Shown: positions 18,649 to 29,788, counted from the stretch's first letter. The stretch: 64,000 nucleotides of DNA from an uncultured Candidatus Saccharibacteria bacterium (GCA_964391975.1 CAYMNZ010000001.1:132465-196464); one strand, 5' to 3'. The notes: generated from the sequence alone by a model not told the origin. A program made the numbers and translations.

Positions 18649-19188
18649 ATGTCTGACAAACGACCTAAATTACCAGGCGAGGTACGAAAACTGGACCGCA
18701 TTAGTATCGGCTATGATTGGGAACAAGTCACCGGTTCCGAAGCGCAGGCTGCCGAGTACTGGAGGGCACTCAACGAAGCATTTACACGAGCGGGAATCGA
18801 ATTTCCTAAGGACGGGAAGGTCGTTGAATTTGGGACGGGCGGCGGGCTCTTTCTCAAGCATCTTCTCAAGGAAGGTGTTGATGCCGTCGGTGTCGATGTA
18901 CGCCCTCGACATTCGGGAGATCTACCAGTTGCTCGGGCGCGTATCGAGGAACTGCCATTTGCAAATGGTCAATTCCGTTTGGCCGTATCGACCATGATAT
19001 TTGACGAGCGCGTTTACAAACAGAAAGTCTATAGGATGCTTTCGGAAATAGACCGCGTACTCGAACCAGGCGGCTTCTACGCCGCGCGTGAGTCGCACCT
19101 GAACAAGCACCTCCAACCTCCGTACCTCACCCGCATCGTACGTCCCCTGACGCAACACGAGTTCGCCCTATACCGTAAGGACACTTAG
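18649..19188 (+). CDS. Class I SAM-dependent methyltransferase
   Basis: VVEFGTGGGLF motif I; LPFANGQFRLAV. Confidence 0.65.
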   Translation: MSDKRPKLPGEVRKLDRISIGYDWEQVTGSEAQAAEYWRALNEAFTRAGIEFPKDGKVVEFGTGGGLFLKHLLKEGVDAVGVDVRPRHSGDLPVARARIEELPFANGQFRLAVSTMIFDERVYKQKVYRMLSEIDRVLEPGGFYAARESHLNKHLQPPYLTRIVRPLTQHEFALYRKDT

Positions 19189-21095
19189 ACTCCGATCAAG
19201 ACGGGAATCACCATCGGCGTCTTGTTGGTCCTCGTGAAGAGGAAGCCAGACATCGTGTCCGTAATGGTGTTCTTCACGTAGTCGAGGTCAACCGGGTTCA
19301 TTCCCTCAGTTGAGTCTTCCACGGTCTTCTTGATGAGAAGACGAGCCTGGTTTAAGAGGTCCTGGCTCTCACGAAGGTAGATGAACCCGCGAGAGATGAT
19401 ATCCGGAGACTTCCGGAGCTTTCCAGTCTTAAGGTTAATCGTCGCGATGATGACGAACATACCGTCCTTGGCGAGTGCCTGGCGGTCACGGATGACCACT
19501 TCCTGCATGTCGCCAATGGAGAAGCCGTCGACCACAAGTGGGGAAGACGGAACCTTCTGCTTGTGAACGTTAAGCGTCTTACCATCAATCATGTCGATAA
19601 CGGTACCGTTGTCAGCGATGATGATTGACTCGCGGTCGCGTCCAGCCTGTTCGACTGCCTTCGCGTGGCAGGCGGTCATCGAGTAGTAGCCGTAGGCAGG
19701 CATGAAGAACTTGGCGTTCACCTGCTTGTTAATCCACACAAGCTCTCCGGTGTTTCCGTGTCCGGTTGAGTGCACGTCCGAAGAGCGGTAGTGGATGAGG
19801 GAGGCACCGTTGCGGTAGAGGTTGTCCTTTAGCTTCTGGACGTTGATTTCGTTACCTGGAATAACCGAGGACGAGAGCACCACCGTGTCGCGAGGACTAA
19901 GGGTGATGTTCTTGTGCTGCTTGGTTGCGATACGCATAAGAGCAGCGAACTCCTCACCCTGGGCACCGGTTGCAAGCACCACAATCTTGTCAGCAGGGTA
20001 GTCACCAATCTCCTGTACGGGAATGACGGTGTCCTTAGCGACCTTGAGAAGACCCGTTTTCTGGGCAATCTCGAGGTTCACCTTCATAGAGCGGCCTTCG
20101 GTCACGACCTTCTTGCCGAGCTTCTCTGCCGTCTCGATGATGTGAATCATGCGCTCGAACTGGGAAGCGAAGGTACCGATGATAAGGCGGCCCTGCACGG
20201 TCTTCACAATGCCCTCGAGGGTCTCATGCACGCGGCGCTCAGGAATAGAGAAGCCGTCGCGCTCTGCGTTGGTTGAGTCCGCGATGAAGAGAAGGTTGTT
20301 GTCCTTACCAAGGTCACCCCACTTCTTCTTCTCGTGGTCCATAGGCTCGCCGTTCTCGTGGTCGAGCTTAAGGTCTCCCGTAATCACGACGTTACCGTAC
20401 GGACTCTGGATGGAAACACCCATGGAGTCAGGAATCGAGTGGGTCACGGGGAAGAACTTCACCTTGGTGTTGCCGATGGTCATGGTTGAGTTTGGCTCAA
20501 CGACGACGAGGTTCGGACGAGGCATCTCTGGATATTCCTCCTGGCGCTTCGCAATCATGACCGCCGTCAGGTTCTGGGTGTAGATAGGCGGGTTGCCCAT
20601 GCGACCGATGAGGAACGGGATACCACCGATGTGGTCGAGGTGACCGTGTGTGATGATGATGCCGCGGATGCGGTCAACGTTCTTTTCTAGGTACTTGGTA
20701 TTCGGAAGTACGTAGTCGAGACCTGGAGCATCGGTCTCAGACATAAACTGGAAGCCCACGTCGAGCACGAAGATGTCGCCGTTAGCTTCAATGGCACACA
20801 TGTTGCGTCCCACCTCTTCGACGCCGCCGAGTGGAATCACGCGGACAACGTTCTCGGCTGGTTTCTCCGGATAATATTCGGGCACGGTTTTTGTAGGAGC
20901 GCTTCCTCCGTTTGAAGGGGAGCGGTGCATCGGGCGACGAGAGTCCCGTCCCCGACCTCCTCCGGCTCCGCCGCGTCCACGGCCACCGCGGAAGGCGGGG
21001 CGTGCGTCACGAGGGCGCTCGCCTCCTTGGCGAGGCTCTGGAGAGGGTCCTGGGCCGTGTGAGGGCGCCGGGGCAGGTGCTGGTGCTGAAGTCAT
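19185..21095 (-). CDS. rnj: Ribonuclease J with Pro/Ala- and Gly/Arg-rich N-terminal extension
   Basis: Metallo-beta-lactamase HGHLDHIGG; beta-CASP and RNase J C-terminal domain; first ~65 aa APAPAP + RGG low complexity. Confidence 0.9.
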   Translation of the reverse strand: MTSAPAPAPAPSHGPGPSPEPRQGGERPRDARPAFRGGRGRGGAGGGRGRDSRRPMHRSPSNGGSAPTKTVPEYYPEKPAENVVRVIPLGGVEEVGRNMCAIEANGDIFVLDVGFQFMSETDAPGLDYVLPNTKYLEKNVDRIRGIIITHGHLDHIGGIPFLIGRMGNPPIYTQNLTAVMIAKRQEEYPEMPRPNLVVVEPNSTMTIGNTKVKFFPVTHSIPDSMGVSIQSPYGNVVITGDLKLDHENGEPMDHEKKKWGDLGKDNNLLFIADSTNAERDGFSIPERRVHETLEGIVKTVQGRLIIGTFASQFERMIHIIETAEKLGKKVVTEGRSMKVNLEIAQKTGLLKVAKDTVIPVQEIGDYPADKIVVLATGAQGEEFAALMRIATKQHKNITLSPRDTVVLSSSVIPGNEINVQKLKDNLYRNGASLIHYRSSDVHSTGHGNTGELVWINKQVNAKFFMPAYGYYSMTACHAKAVEQAGRDRESIIIADNGTVIDMIDGKTLNVHKQKVPSSPLVVDGFSIGDMQEVVIRDRQALAKDGMFVIIATINLKTGKLRKSPDIISRGFIYLRESQDLLNQARLLIKKTVEDSTEGMNPVDLDYVKNTITDTMSGFLFTRTNKTPMVIPVLIGV

Positions 21096-21183
21096 AGTTG
21101 ATTAGTTAGTAGAGATAAGTAGTTAGTAAGAGAATACCGCAAACAGTAGGAAGTGGGCAAAGTGTTGATATACCCACTACCTT

Positions 21184-22905
21184 CTACTTACGGGAAAACA
21201 CACTCCACACGAGCTCGGTCCGACGATACCAATGTGCCACCGTGGCAAGTCGGTCCGAGGGTGCCGCAACCCGTGAGAGCACCACGCCCTGCAACCCCTC
21301 TGGCACCGCGTAGAGGAAGTCCGGCGCGTGCGTGAAGGCCGCTGGGTAATCAGCCTTGATGAGTGCATTCAACTTCGCTAGGTCCTCCGAACGTGCTGCC
21401 TGGTCGGTCTCCTCGCGGATTTGCACCAGAAGAGCGTCAACGGCCGGGTTAGTGTACATAGCGATGTTGAGTCCCGGGTCATTGCGCTCGGATGAGTTCC
21501 AGAACGCAAAGAGGTCCTGATCGCGACCCACCACCATGCCAAACAGGAGCGCCTCATACTTGCGAGGACGAATGACGCTCTGTGTGAGATCTCCTGGCTC
21601 GTAAAGTTCGATGGAAACCGGAACCCCAAGACGCTCCCAATCGTCTTTCACTGCAGAGGCCACCGCCTTGAGCTCAGGGACGTTTGAGGTCTTCACGGTT
21701 ACCGTGAGCTCAAGCTTCTGCTTTGCTTGCTTCCAAAGTCTTGCTTCCTCGTCATACTCCCATCCTCCGTCTTCAAGAACCCCAGACGCCGCTGCGAGGC
21801 GCTCCTCCGGGGTAAGGGAAGTTGCCTCACTCGGTGCAAGACTTCCCGGAGGAACAGGGCCCTCGGCAGGAGTTGCATATCCTCCGAGAATGTTTTCGAT
21901 GAGTGCGTCGCGGTCGGTGGCAATGGAGAGCGCCTTCCGTACCTCGAGGCGATTGAAGAGCGGATTCTCATTTCCATTAAAGAACACACCGAAGACCCTG
22001 GAGTAGGGAGCCGAGAGCGCGTCCTTGGTTGGAATGCCGTAAGCGCTCTCTACACGACCGTTGCGAAGCGCGTTCTCAAGGTCCTCCTTTTGTGCGAAGA
22101 ACACGAAGGTAATCTGGTCGAGGTACGGGCGCCCGAGCGTGTAGTGAGGATTTGCAGTGAGTACATATTTTTCAATCGTTCCATTGCCGCCACGAACGAC
22201 GTTTGACACCTTGAACGGTCCGGCACCCACCGGCTTCTCCATTCTTGGAGAGAAGGGGAACTGCTCGGTCGCGACATCGCGCCACAAGTTCGCCGGGAGG
22301 ATGCCCAACGTTGCATCTTCAAGGAACGGAGCATACGGCTTTGGGAGTGTGAAGGAGACGGTGCGAGAATCTATGACCTCCACCAGCACATTCGCCCAGT
22401 TGGCGAGCTCAGGACTCTTGAGTGCAGGGTCCTGTGCCTTAGCTACGGTGAATGCGATATCTTCGGCGGTGACATTCTTTCCGTCGGAGAACTTTGCGTT
22501 CTCACGAAGCGTGAAGGTGTAGGTTTTACCGTCTTCAGAGACAAGGTAGGACTCGGCAAGTACGGGAATAAGCTCACCGTTCTCTCCGATTCCCATGAGC
22601 CCAGCGTAGGTAAGGCGCGCAAGATCACGGTCAGCATCAGAGAGCGCAAGCAGCGGATTTACAAAGCGCGGGCTCCCGAGCACTCCTTCGGTGAGGGAGC
22701 CTCCATTGGAGGGCTCTTCTATGAGAAATGAGCGCTCAAGCGCATAGAGACCGGCAAGACCGGAAAGGATAACGAGGCAGCCGAGCGTCGTTGCAATAAA
22801 ACGGTCGCCTGGGGTAAGGCGATTGATACGTGACGAAAGGGCCGCTATCGGCGGAGTAACGAAACGCTTAACGCTCGAAAAGAGACGTGAAAGCCAATGG
22901 GGCAT
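21184..22905 (-). CDS. ABC transporter substrate-binding protein, family 5 (oligopeptide/nickel type), orphan
   Basis: N-terminal TM anchor; SBP_bac_5-like body; start at MPHWL avoids overlap with secG. Confidence 0.7.
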   Translation of the reverse strand: MPHWLSRLFSSVKRFVTPPIAALSSRINRLTPGDRFIATTLGCLVILSGLAGLYALERSFLIEEPSNGGSLTEGVLGSPRFVNPLLALSDADRDLARLTYAGLMGIGENGELIPVLAESYLVSEDGKTYTFTLRENAKFSDGKNVTAEDIAFTVAKAQDPALKSPELANWANVLVEVIDSRTVSFTLPKPYAPFLEDATLGILPANLWRDVATEQFPFSPRMEKPVGAGPFKVSNVVRGGNGTIEKYVLTANPHYTLGRPYLDQITFVFFAQKEDLENALRNGRVESAYGIPTKDALSAPYSRVFGVFFNGNENPLFNRLEVRKALSIATDRDALIENILGGYATPAEGPVPPGSLAPSEATSLTPEERLAAASGVLEDGGWEYDEEARLWKQAKQKLELTVTVKTSNVPELKAVASAVKDDWERLGVPVSIELYEPGDLTQSVIRPRKYEALLFGMVVGRDQDLFAFWNSSERNDPGLNIAMYTNPAVDALLVQIREETDQAARSEDLAKLNALIKADYPAAFTHAPDFLYAVPEGLQGVVLSRVAAPSDRLATVAHWYRRTELVWSVFSRK

Positions 22906-22915
22906 GGGTGTGGAT

Positions 22916-23167
22916 TCAGATGAGGAATCCAGCGATAGCCGAAAGTACGAACAGTACTGCAATCACAATAGTCGCGTTGAAAAGGAATTTCTCCGCGCCA
23001 CGGCGTTTGTAGAACGTCGCTGCGAAATTGTCCCCTCCGAATGCTCCTCCGAGTCCGGCGCCGCGCTGTTGAAGCACGATGCCGATAATGAGGAGAAGGG
23101 AGAGGGTTATCTCGATATAGGGCAATGTCGCCTTGAGTGTCTCCATCTGTAGCCCCGAGGATACCAC
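22916..23167 (-). CDS. secG: Preprotein translocase subunit SecG
   Basis: 83 aa, two TM helices, LLIIGIVLQQRGAGLGGAFGG motif. Confidence 0.8.
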   Translation of the reverse strand: MVSSGLQMETLKATLPYIEITLSLLLIIGIVLQQRGAGLGGAFGGDNFAATFYKRRGAEKFLFNATIVIAVLFVLSAIAGFLI

Positions 23168-23175
23168 CCGGGAGG

Positions 23176-23367
23176 CTAGGCGGCAAGCTGGTTTGAGCAG
23201 CGCTTCACGGCGTCAATAAAGACGTTTAGGAGCGAGAGGTAGGCCTTCGGGTCCTTCTCGCGCATGATGCGCAGTTCCGACTCAAGCTGGAGCGCCATCT
23301 GCTGGCGTTCTTCTTGGGTCAGGTTCTCACCGTCCCGTATCTTGTCGATAAGTCTCTGGAGTTCCAT
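23176..23367 (-). CDS. Small hypothetical helical protein
   Basis: 63-aa ORF tightly packed between secG and the next ORF; coiled-coil-like. Confidence 0.35.
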   Translation of the reverse strand: MELQRLIDKIRDGENLTQEERQQMALQLESELRIMREKDPKAYLSLLNVFIDAVKRCSNQLAA

Positions 23368-23368
23368 A

Positions 23369-23899
23369 TCAGGTGTTCTTGGCCTGGCGCTCTACCTGCC
23401 CAGCCTTGCGCTGGAACTCGAGGTCATTAGCAAGTCCTCGAAGCGCAAAAATGAGCGCAATGACGCCAGCGACGGCCGCGAGCGAGGTCGGACCGGAGAG
23501 TGCGGACAGTGCCTCCTCCGGCTTCTCGAGCGCCTGCCGCACCCCCACGAGCTCGACGCCTCCTCCGGTAAGGAGAGCGGTGATGATGCCGAGCACGTTC
23601 TGGACGTTCACGTTGCTGTGCTTCTCTTTCTGCGCATCAAGCGTCGTCTCGAGTTCCTTGAGTGCGGCCAGTTTGCGCTCCTGCTCCTCGGGCGTAAGGT
23701 CCGCCGCCTTAATCGCTGCCACCTGTTCGGAGAGTGCGGTAATGGCCGCGAGCATCTGTCGCTCGGTTTCCTTGACGTCCCCGCGCTCGTGCGAGTCCTT
23801 GATTTTGTCGAGCACCTCGTTGAGTCCCATACCCGCATTGTACCCCGGACTTGCGGTGGGTTGTGCACGCGAATATACTGCGAGCAACTCCGGGGGCAC
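23369..23899 (-). CDS. Hypothetical coiled-coil protein with C-terminal hydrophobic segments
   Basis: 176-aa ORF; no recognisable domain; exact start uncertain. Confidence 0.4.
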   Translation of the reverse strand: MPPELLAVYSRAQPTASPGYNAGMGLNEVLDKIKDSHERGDVKETERQMLAAITALSEQVAAIKAADLTPEEQERKLAALKELETTLDAQKEKHSNVNVQNVLGIITALLTGGGVELVGVRQALEKPEEALSALSGPTSLAAVAGVIALIFALRGLANDLEFQRKAGQVERQAKNT

Positions 23900-23946
23900 C
23901 GGACTGGGCGTTCAAAAACACAGGTTATTAGCTAAGCCTTTTCACT

Positions 23947-25898
<1,952 letters not shown>

Positions 25899-25902
25899 AC
25901 CA

Positions 25903-25930
25903 AAAGCCCCACGGAAGTGGGGTTTTTGCT
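25903..25930 (+). terminator. Rho-independent terminator after groEL
   Basis: GC-rich hairpin AGCCCCAC-GGAA-GTGGGGTT followed by a T-run. Confidence 0.7.
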
Positions 25931-25957
25931 ATAATAAAAGGACTAACCCACACAGAC

Positions 25958-26518
25958 ATGACTATCCTTTGGATTGTGCTCGGAATTGTTGCCCTTATCG
26001 TTATTTGGGTCATCGCCGCTTTCAACGGCTTTATTACGCTCGTTAACCGCGCCAAGGAAGCGTGGAGCGACATCGAAGTGCAGATGAAGCGTCGCTACGA
26101 TCTTATCCCGAACCTTATTGAGACGGTGAAGGGATATGCTGCACACGAGAAGCAGGCGTTTGAGAACGTCAGCAACGCGCGCGCTGCCGCTATGGGTGCT
26201 CAGTCAGTTGAAGAGCACGGCAAGGCAGAGAACATGCTCACCGGTGCCCTCAAGTCCATCTTCGCTATTGCTGAAGCGTATCCAGACCTCAAAGCGAACA
26301 CCAACTTCCTTGAGCTCCAGCGCGAACTCTCTGACACTGAGAACAAGATTCAGGCTGCACGCCGCTTCTACAACCAGACGGTGATGGCGCTCAACACTGG
26401 ACTCCAGCAGTTCCCAGGTAACATCGTCGGCGGAATGTTTGGCTTCAAGGAGCGCGAGTTCTTCGAGCTTGCTGAGGATGAGCAGGCAGCAAAGAACCCG
26501 GTAAAAGTCGCGTTCTAA
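25958..26518 (+). CDS. lemA: LemA family protein
   Basis: N-terminal TM; RRYDLIPNL, EAYPDLKAN LemA motifs. Confidence 0.85.
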   Translation: MTILWIVLGIVALIVIWVIAAFNGFITLVNRAKEAWSDIEVQMKRRYDLIPNLIETVKGYAAHEKQAFENVSNARAAAMGAQSVEEHGKAENMLTGALKSIFAIAEAYPDLKANTNFLELQRELSDTENKIQAARRFYNQTVMALNTGLQQFPGNIVGGMFGFKEREFFELAEDEQAAKNPVKVAF

Positions 26519-26520
26519 GG

Positions 26521-27426
26521 ATGTCGAACCTTTACCAGGAGCGAAGTAATAACGTTGCGAGAACCTGGGCACTCATGCTCGGGTTCTTCCTGGTGGTCAT
26601 AGCTATCGGTTGGGCTATCTCCTGGTACTACGGGGATGTTTCTATCCTCTATATAGCGGTAGGGCTCGCGCTCGTTATGAACGTAGGAAGCTACTGGTTC
26701 TCCGACAAGATTGTGCTCTCGATGACGGGAGCCAAGCCAGCGAGCCGTGAAGAATACTTTGACCTCTACACGATCACCGAAAACCTCTCTATCACCGCAG
26801 GCATCCCAATGCCGAAGCTCTATGTCGTCGAGGACCCAGCTCCGAATGCATTTGCTACCGGTCGCGATGAGAAGCATGCGGTAGTTGCCGCAACGACGGG
26901 ACTTCTTGCAGCGCTCAATCGCACGGAGCTTGAGGGCGTGATTGCGCACGAACTCTCACACATCCAGAACAAAGACATGCTCGTCATGACGGTTGCGGTG
27001 GTGCTTGCGGGAGTGGTCGCCATTGTCGCGGACATTTTCCTTCGCATGTCATTGCATGGTGGCGGTAATCGAGACAACGGGAAGGCGGGCATTATTTTTG
27101 CAGTACTCGCGATTGTTGCAATTATCCTTGCACCAATTGCAGCGCAGCTCATCAAGCTCGCCATCTCCCGCAGACGCGAATATCTTGCCGACGCTTCAGG
27201 CGCGCTCCTCACTCGCTACCCAGATGGTCTCGCGTCAGCACTCCAGAAGATAAGTGCGTACGCTGGTCCCATGAAGAAAGCTAATCACGCCACTGCGCAC
27301 CTCTTTATAGCTAATCCCTTTGGGGCTCAGGCAGGGAAGTTCGTAAACAAGCTTTTTGCCACCCACCCTCCAGTGGAAGACCGCGTTCTACGCCTGCTTG
27401 GTAGCAGGCCTGCAGAAGTGGTATAA
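26521..27426 (+). CDS. htpX: M48 zinc metalloprotease HtpX homolog
   Basis: HELSHIQNKD HExxH in a 4-TM framework; paired with lemA. Confidence 0.85.
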   Translation: MSNLYQERSNNVARTWALMLGFFLVVIAIGWAISWYYGDVSILYIAVGLALVMNVGSYWFSDKIVLSMTGAKPASREEYFDLYTITENLSITAGIPMPKLYVVEDPAPNAFATGRDEKHAVVAATTGLLAALNRTELEGVIAHELSHIQNKDMLVMTVAVVLAGVVAIVADIFLRMSLHGGGNRDNGKAGIIFAVLAIVAIILAPIAAQLIKLAISRRREYLADASGALLTRYPDGLASALQKISAYAGPMKKANHATAHLFIANPFGAQAGKFVNKLFATHPPVEDRVLRLLGSRPAEVV

Positions 27427-27435
27427 CGGCTCTAC

Positions 27436-27523
27436 GGAGGCGTCGCATAGTGGTCTAGTGCGCACGCTTGGAAAGCGTGTGAACCGCAAGGTTCCGAGAG
27501 TTCGAATCTCTCCGCCTCCGCCA
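27436..27523 (+). tRNA. tRNA-Ser (anticodon GGA), CCA encoded
   Basis: Cloverleaf: acceptor GGAGGCG/CGCCTCC, anticodon arm CACGC-TTGGAAA-GCGTG, long variable arm, T-arm GAGAG-TTCGAAT-CTCTC. Confidence 0.85.
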
Positions 27524-27945
27524 TGAACATCACGGGAATCATCATTCTCATTCTCGCGGCTGTATTCTTTTTCAGTATCTACGCAGGTTCGGCCCCACAG
27601 GTAGCACCGGAGCAGGTAGCGCCGGAGAATGTAGAACAACCGTCTCCTACGCAGGAGACGCCCGTCGTGACCCAGGACCGGAACGTCTTTACAGGAACGC
27701 TCGAATCAATTCATGAGGGATGTTATTACGATGCGTCTTGCTATGCGGTGGTCAGCGGAGTACAGGTGACCGTACTTACGGGCCGTCGACAGGAAGAGGT
27801 CGGATCGGTAGTTGGTGTCGCATCTTTTGGTGACTTGAAAAAGTACATCGGTAGCCAAGTGGAGGTGTATGCGAAACCCACAGAGAAGGGATACACCCTC
27901 TATGGGAGCAAGGACTATTACCTACGCCTCAAATTTGGTACTTAG
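27523..27945 (+). CDS. Hypothetical membrane-anchored small protein
   Basis: N-terminal TM helix, Pro/Glu-rich linker, Cys-containing C-terminal domain; ATG starts on the last base of the tRNA CCA. Confidence 0.4.
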   Translation: MNITGIIILILAAVFFFSIYAGSAPQVAPEQVAPENVEQPSPTQETPVVTQDRNVFTGTLESIHEGCYYDASCYAVVSGVQVTVLTGRRQEEVGSVVGVASFGDLKKYIGSQVEVYAKPTEKGYTLYGSKDYYLRLKFGT

Positions 27946-27982
27946 CTCGAGTAGCCCGTTCTTTGAATGTTAGGATTGGACT

Positions 27983-29788
27983 ATGAGCACGCCTACTCGT
28001 ACCTGGTGGTTTCTCCTCGGTGTTGCCGTAGTGCTGGGTGTTTTGGTGTTTTTCGGCGTTAGTTCTATCGTGCCGGGGGAACACTTGGGTGCACAGCTTC
28101 TAAAGACGCTCTTCGCTGGACCAGGCGGCTGGTTGTTCCTGGTTCCGGGCGTTCTGTTAGCGTTTGTGTTCACGCGCATTAGTTTGCACAGAGGAAAAAA
28201 ACTCTTCTCAGAAGAACTCAAACCTATTGAGGCGTTTATTTTTGCTTGTGCAGTGTATCTCTTTCTCGTATACGCGTCGTACCTCATTCTGACGGGGGTA
28301 CTCTACTTTGCAGCAAGTGGCGCTGGTAGTGCTGGTTTTGTATTCGGATTGTTATTTGCATACGCAGTGACTGGGGCATTACCAACGCTATATCTGGGGT
28401 TCCTCGTAACGATGGCACTGATGCTTGTGGCGTTCCGGTCGCCGAGGCAGGAGCCCGGCACCGTGCGATCATCGTTGCTGCGTCGGGGATTCATCATTGC
28501 AGTCTTCCTCGTTTCTCTGTATGCACTGAACGCATTTGTTCCGATTGGTATGGCGCTGAACCAACCCTGGCTCTGCAACCTGGCCTATAGCAGCCGCGCC
28601 AAGGCTGAGTGTTTCCTTGATGCCCAATCACAAAGTACTGCTTCCTCTAAGTACACCGTCATCCAAACTGACTACAAACAAATTAAAAATCTCAAGGATG
28701 TTGGTGGCAAGTTGGCGTACGCTTTTGAGCGACATGACGGCACATCAGGTGTTGTGTACGACGGCCAGCTAGTGAGTGGGGCGTATGAAAAAGTAGGTAT
28801 TCTTCCTATCGCAGAGGTTGGCGGCACACTGGCATACGAAGCGTATAAGGACGGAAAACAGATTATCGTCTGGGACGGTAAGGAGTATGGGAACGAGTAC
28901 GACATAGCACTCAGCCCGACCGATGTCGGCGGAAAGCTCGCATTTCTCGCGCGGAGGGGCACGCGAGAAACCGGACTGCACCAATTCGTCGTCTGGGACG
29001 GCAAAGAGTATGGAACTCAGTTTCAGCAAGCTAACGATATTCGCGATTTTTCTGGCCAACCGCTATTCAAAGCGAAAGGAGCAAACGGCGATTATGTTGT
29101 CGTTGGCGATACAAGCTACGGCCCCTACGGCTATGTCAGTTCTCTGGTAGTACAAGACGGACACTGGGTAGCCAAAGGCGGCAACAATCCCACGTACTAC
29201 ATCGTTGACGGTGTGCTATCTGCGGTTCCCACAAACGATATCGGTCAGGGAGTCTTTGTGAACGATGAGTTCGCGTACGGAGCCGCATCTTTAGAGCACC
29301 CATTAATCATGTACCAGGGCAAAGAGGTTGGCAGAGCCGTTAACTCTGAAGGAGGACCCTTTGAGATTAATGGAAAGGTAGGGTATGTGGCTCTGCTCCC
29401 AGACAATAGAGCGCAGCTTATGGTAGACGGACAGCCGGTTGGTCCGGCCATAGCAGGCAGGGTTCATAACATAGCGGTTTCGGAAGGAGGGAGAGTAGCA
29501 ATCCAAGTCGAAGACGGTTCAAAGTGTAGTGCTGTTGGCGGAGCGGTATACCTTGATGGTGAAAAAGTGTATGAAGGCTGCACCAGCAATCCGTACGGCT
29601 TTTATGGGGAAAAGCTCTTGTTCTGGATAAAAGAAAACGGCATGTCGTTGCTATGGTACGACGGAGAGAAAATCGGTCATGGATTCTACGGCTTCAACTA
29701 CATCGAGCTTATAAACGGCAAGATCGCCATCGCTGCATTCGCATCAACGAACAAGGGCATAGAATATTCGTTGCTGCTTGAGCAATAG
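27983..29788 (+). CDS. Membrane-anchored tandem-repeat protein (~38-aa W-D-G-K-E-Y-G / WG-like repeats)
   Basis: ~6 N-terminal TM helices then ~10 repeats of form VGGKLAY...DGK..VVWDGKEYG..YD. Confidence 0.5.
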   Translation: MSTPTRTWWFLLGVAVVLGVLVFFGVSSIVPGEHLGAQLLKTLFAGPGGWLFLVPGVLLAFVFTRISLHRGKKLFSEELKPIEAFIFACAVYLFLVYASYLILTGVLYFAASGAGSAGFVFGLLFAYAVTGALPTLYLGFLVTMALMLVAFRSPRQEPGTVRSSLLRRGFIIAVFLVSLYALNAFVPIGMALNQPWLCNLAYSSRAKAECFLDAQSQSTASSKYTVIQTDYKQIKNLKDVGGKLAYAFERHDGTSGVVYDGQLVSGAYEKVGILPIAEVGGTLAYEAYKDGKQIIVWDGKEYGNEYDIALSPTDVGGKLAFLARRGTRETGLHQFVVWDGKEYGTQFQQANDIRDFSGQPLFKAKGANGDYVVVGDTSYGPYGYVSSLVVQDGHWVAKGGNNPTYYIVDGVLSAVPTNDIGQGVFVNDEFAYGAASLEHPLIMYQGKEVGRAVNSEGGPFEINGKVGYVALLPDNRAQLMVDGQPVGPAIAGRVHNIAVSEGGRVAIQVEDGSKCSAVGGAVYLDGEKVYEGCTSNPYGFYGEKLLFWIKENGMSLLWYDGEKIGHGFYGFNYIELINGKIAIAAFASTNKGIEYSLLLEQ

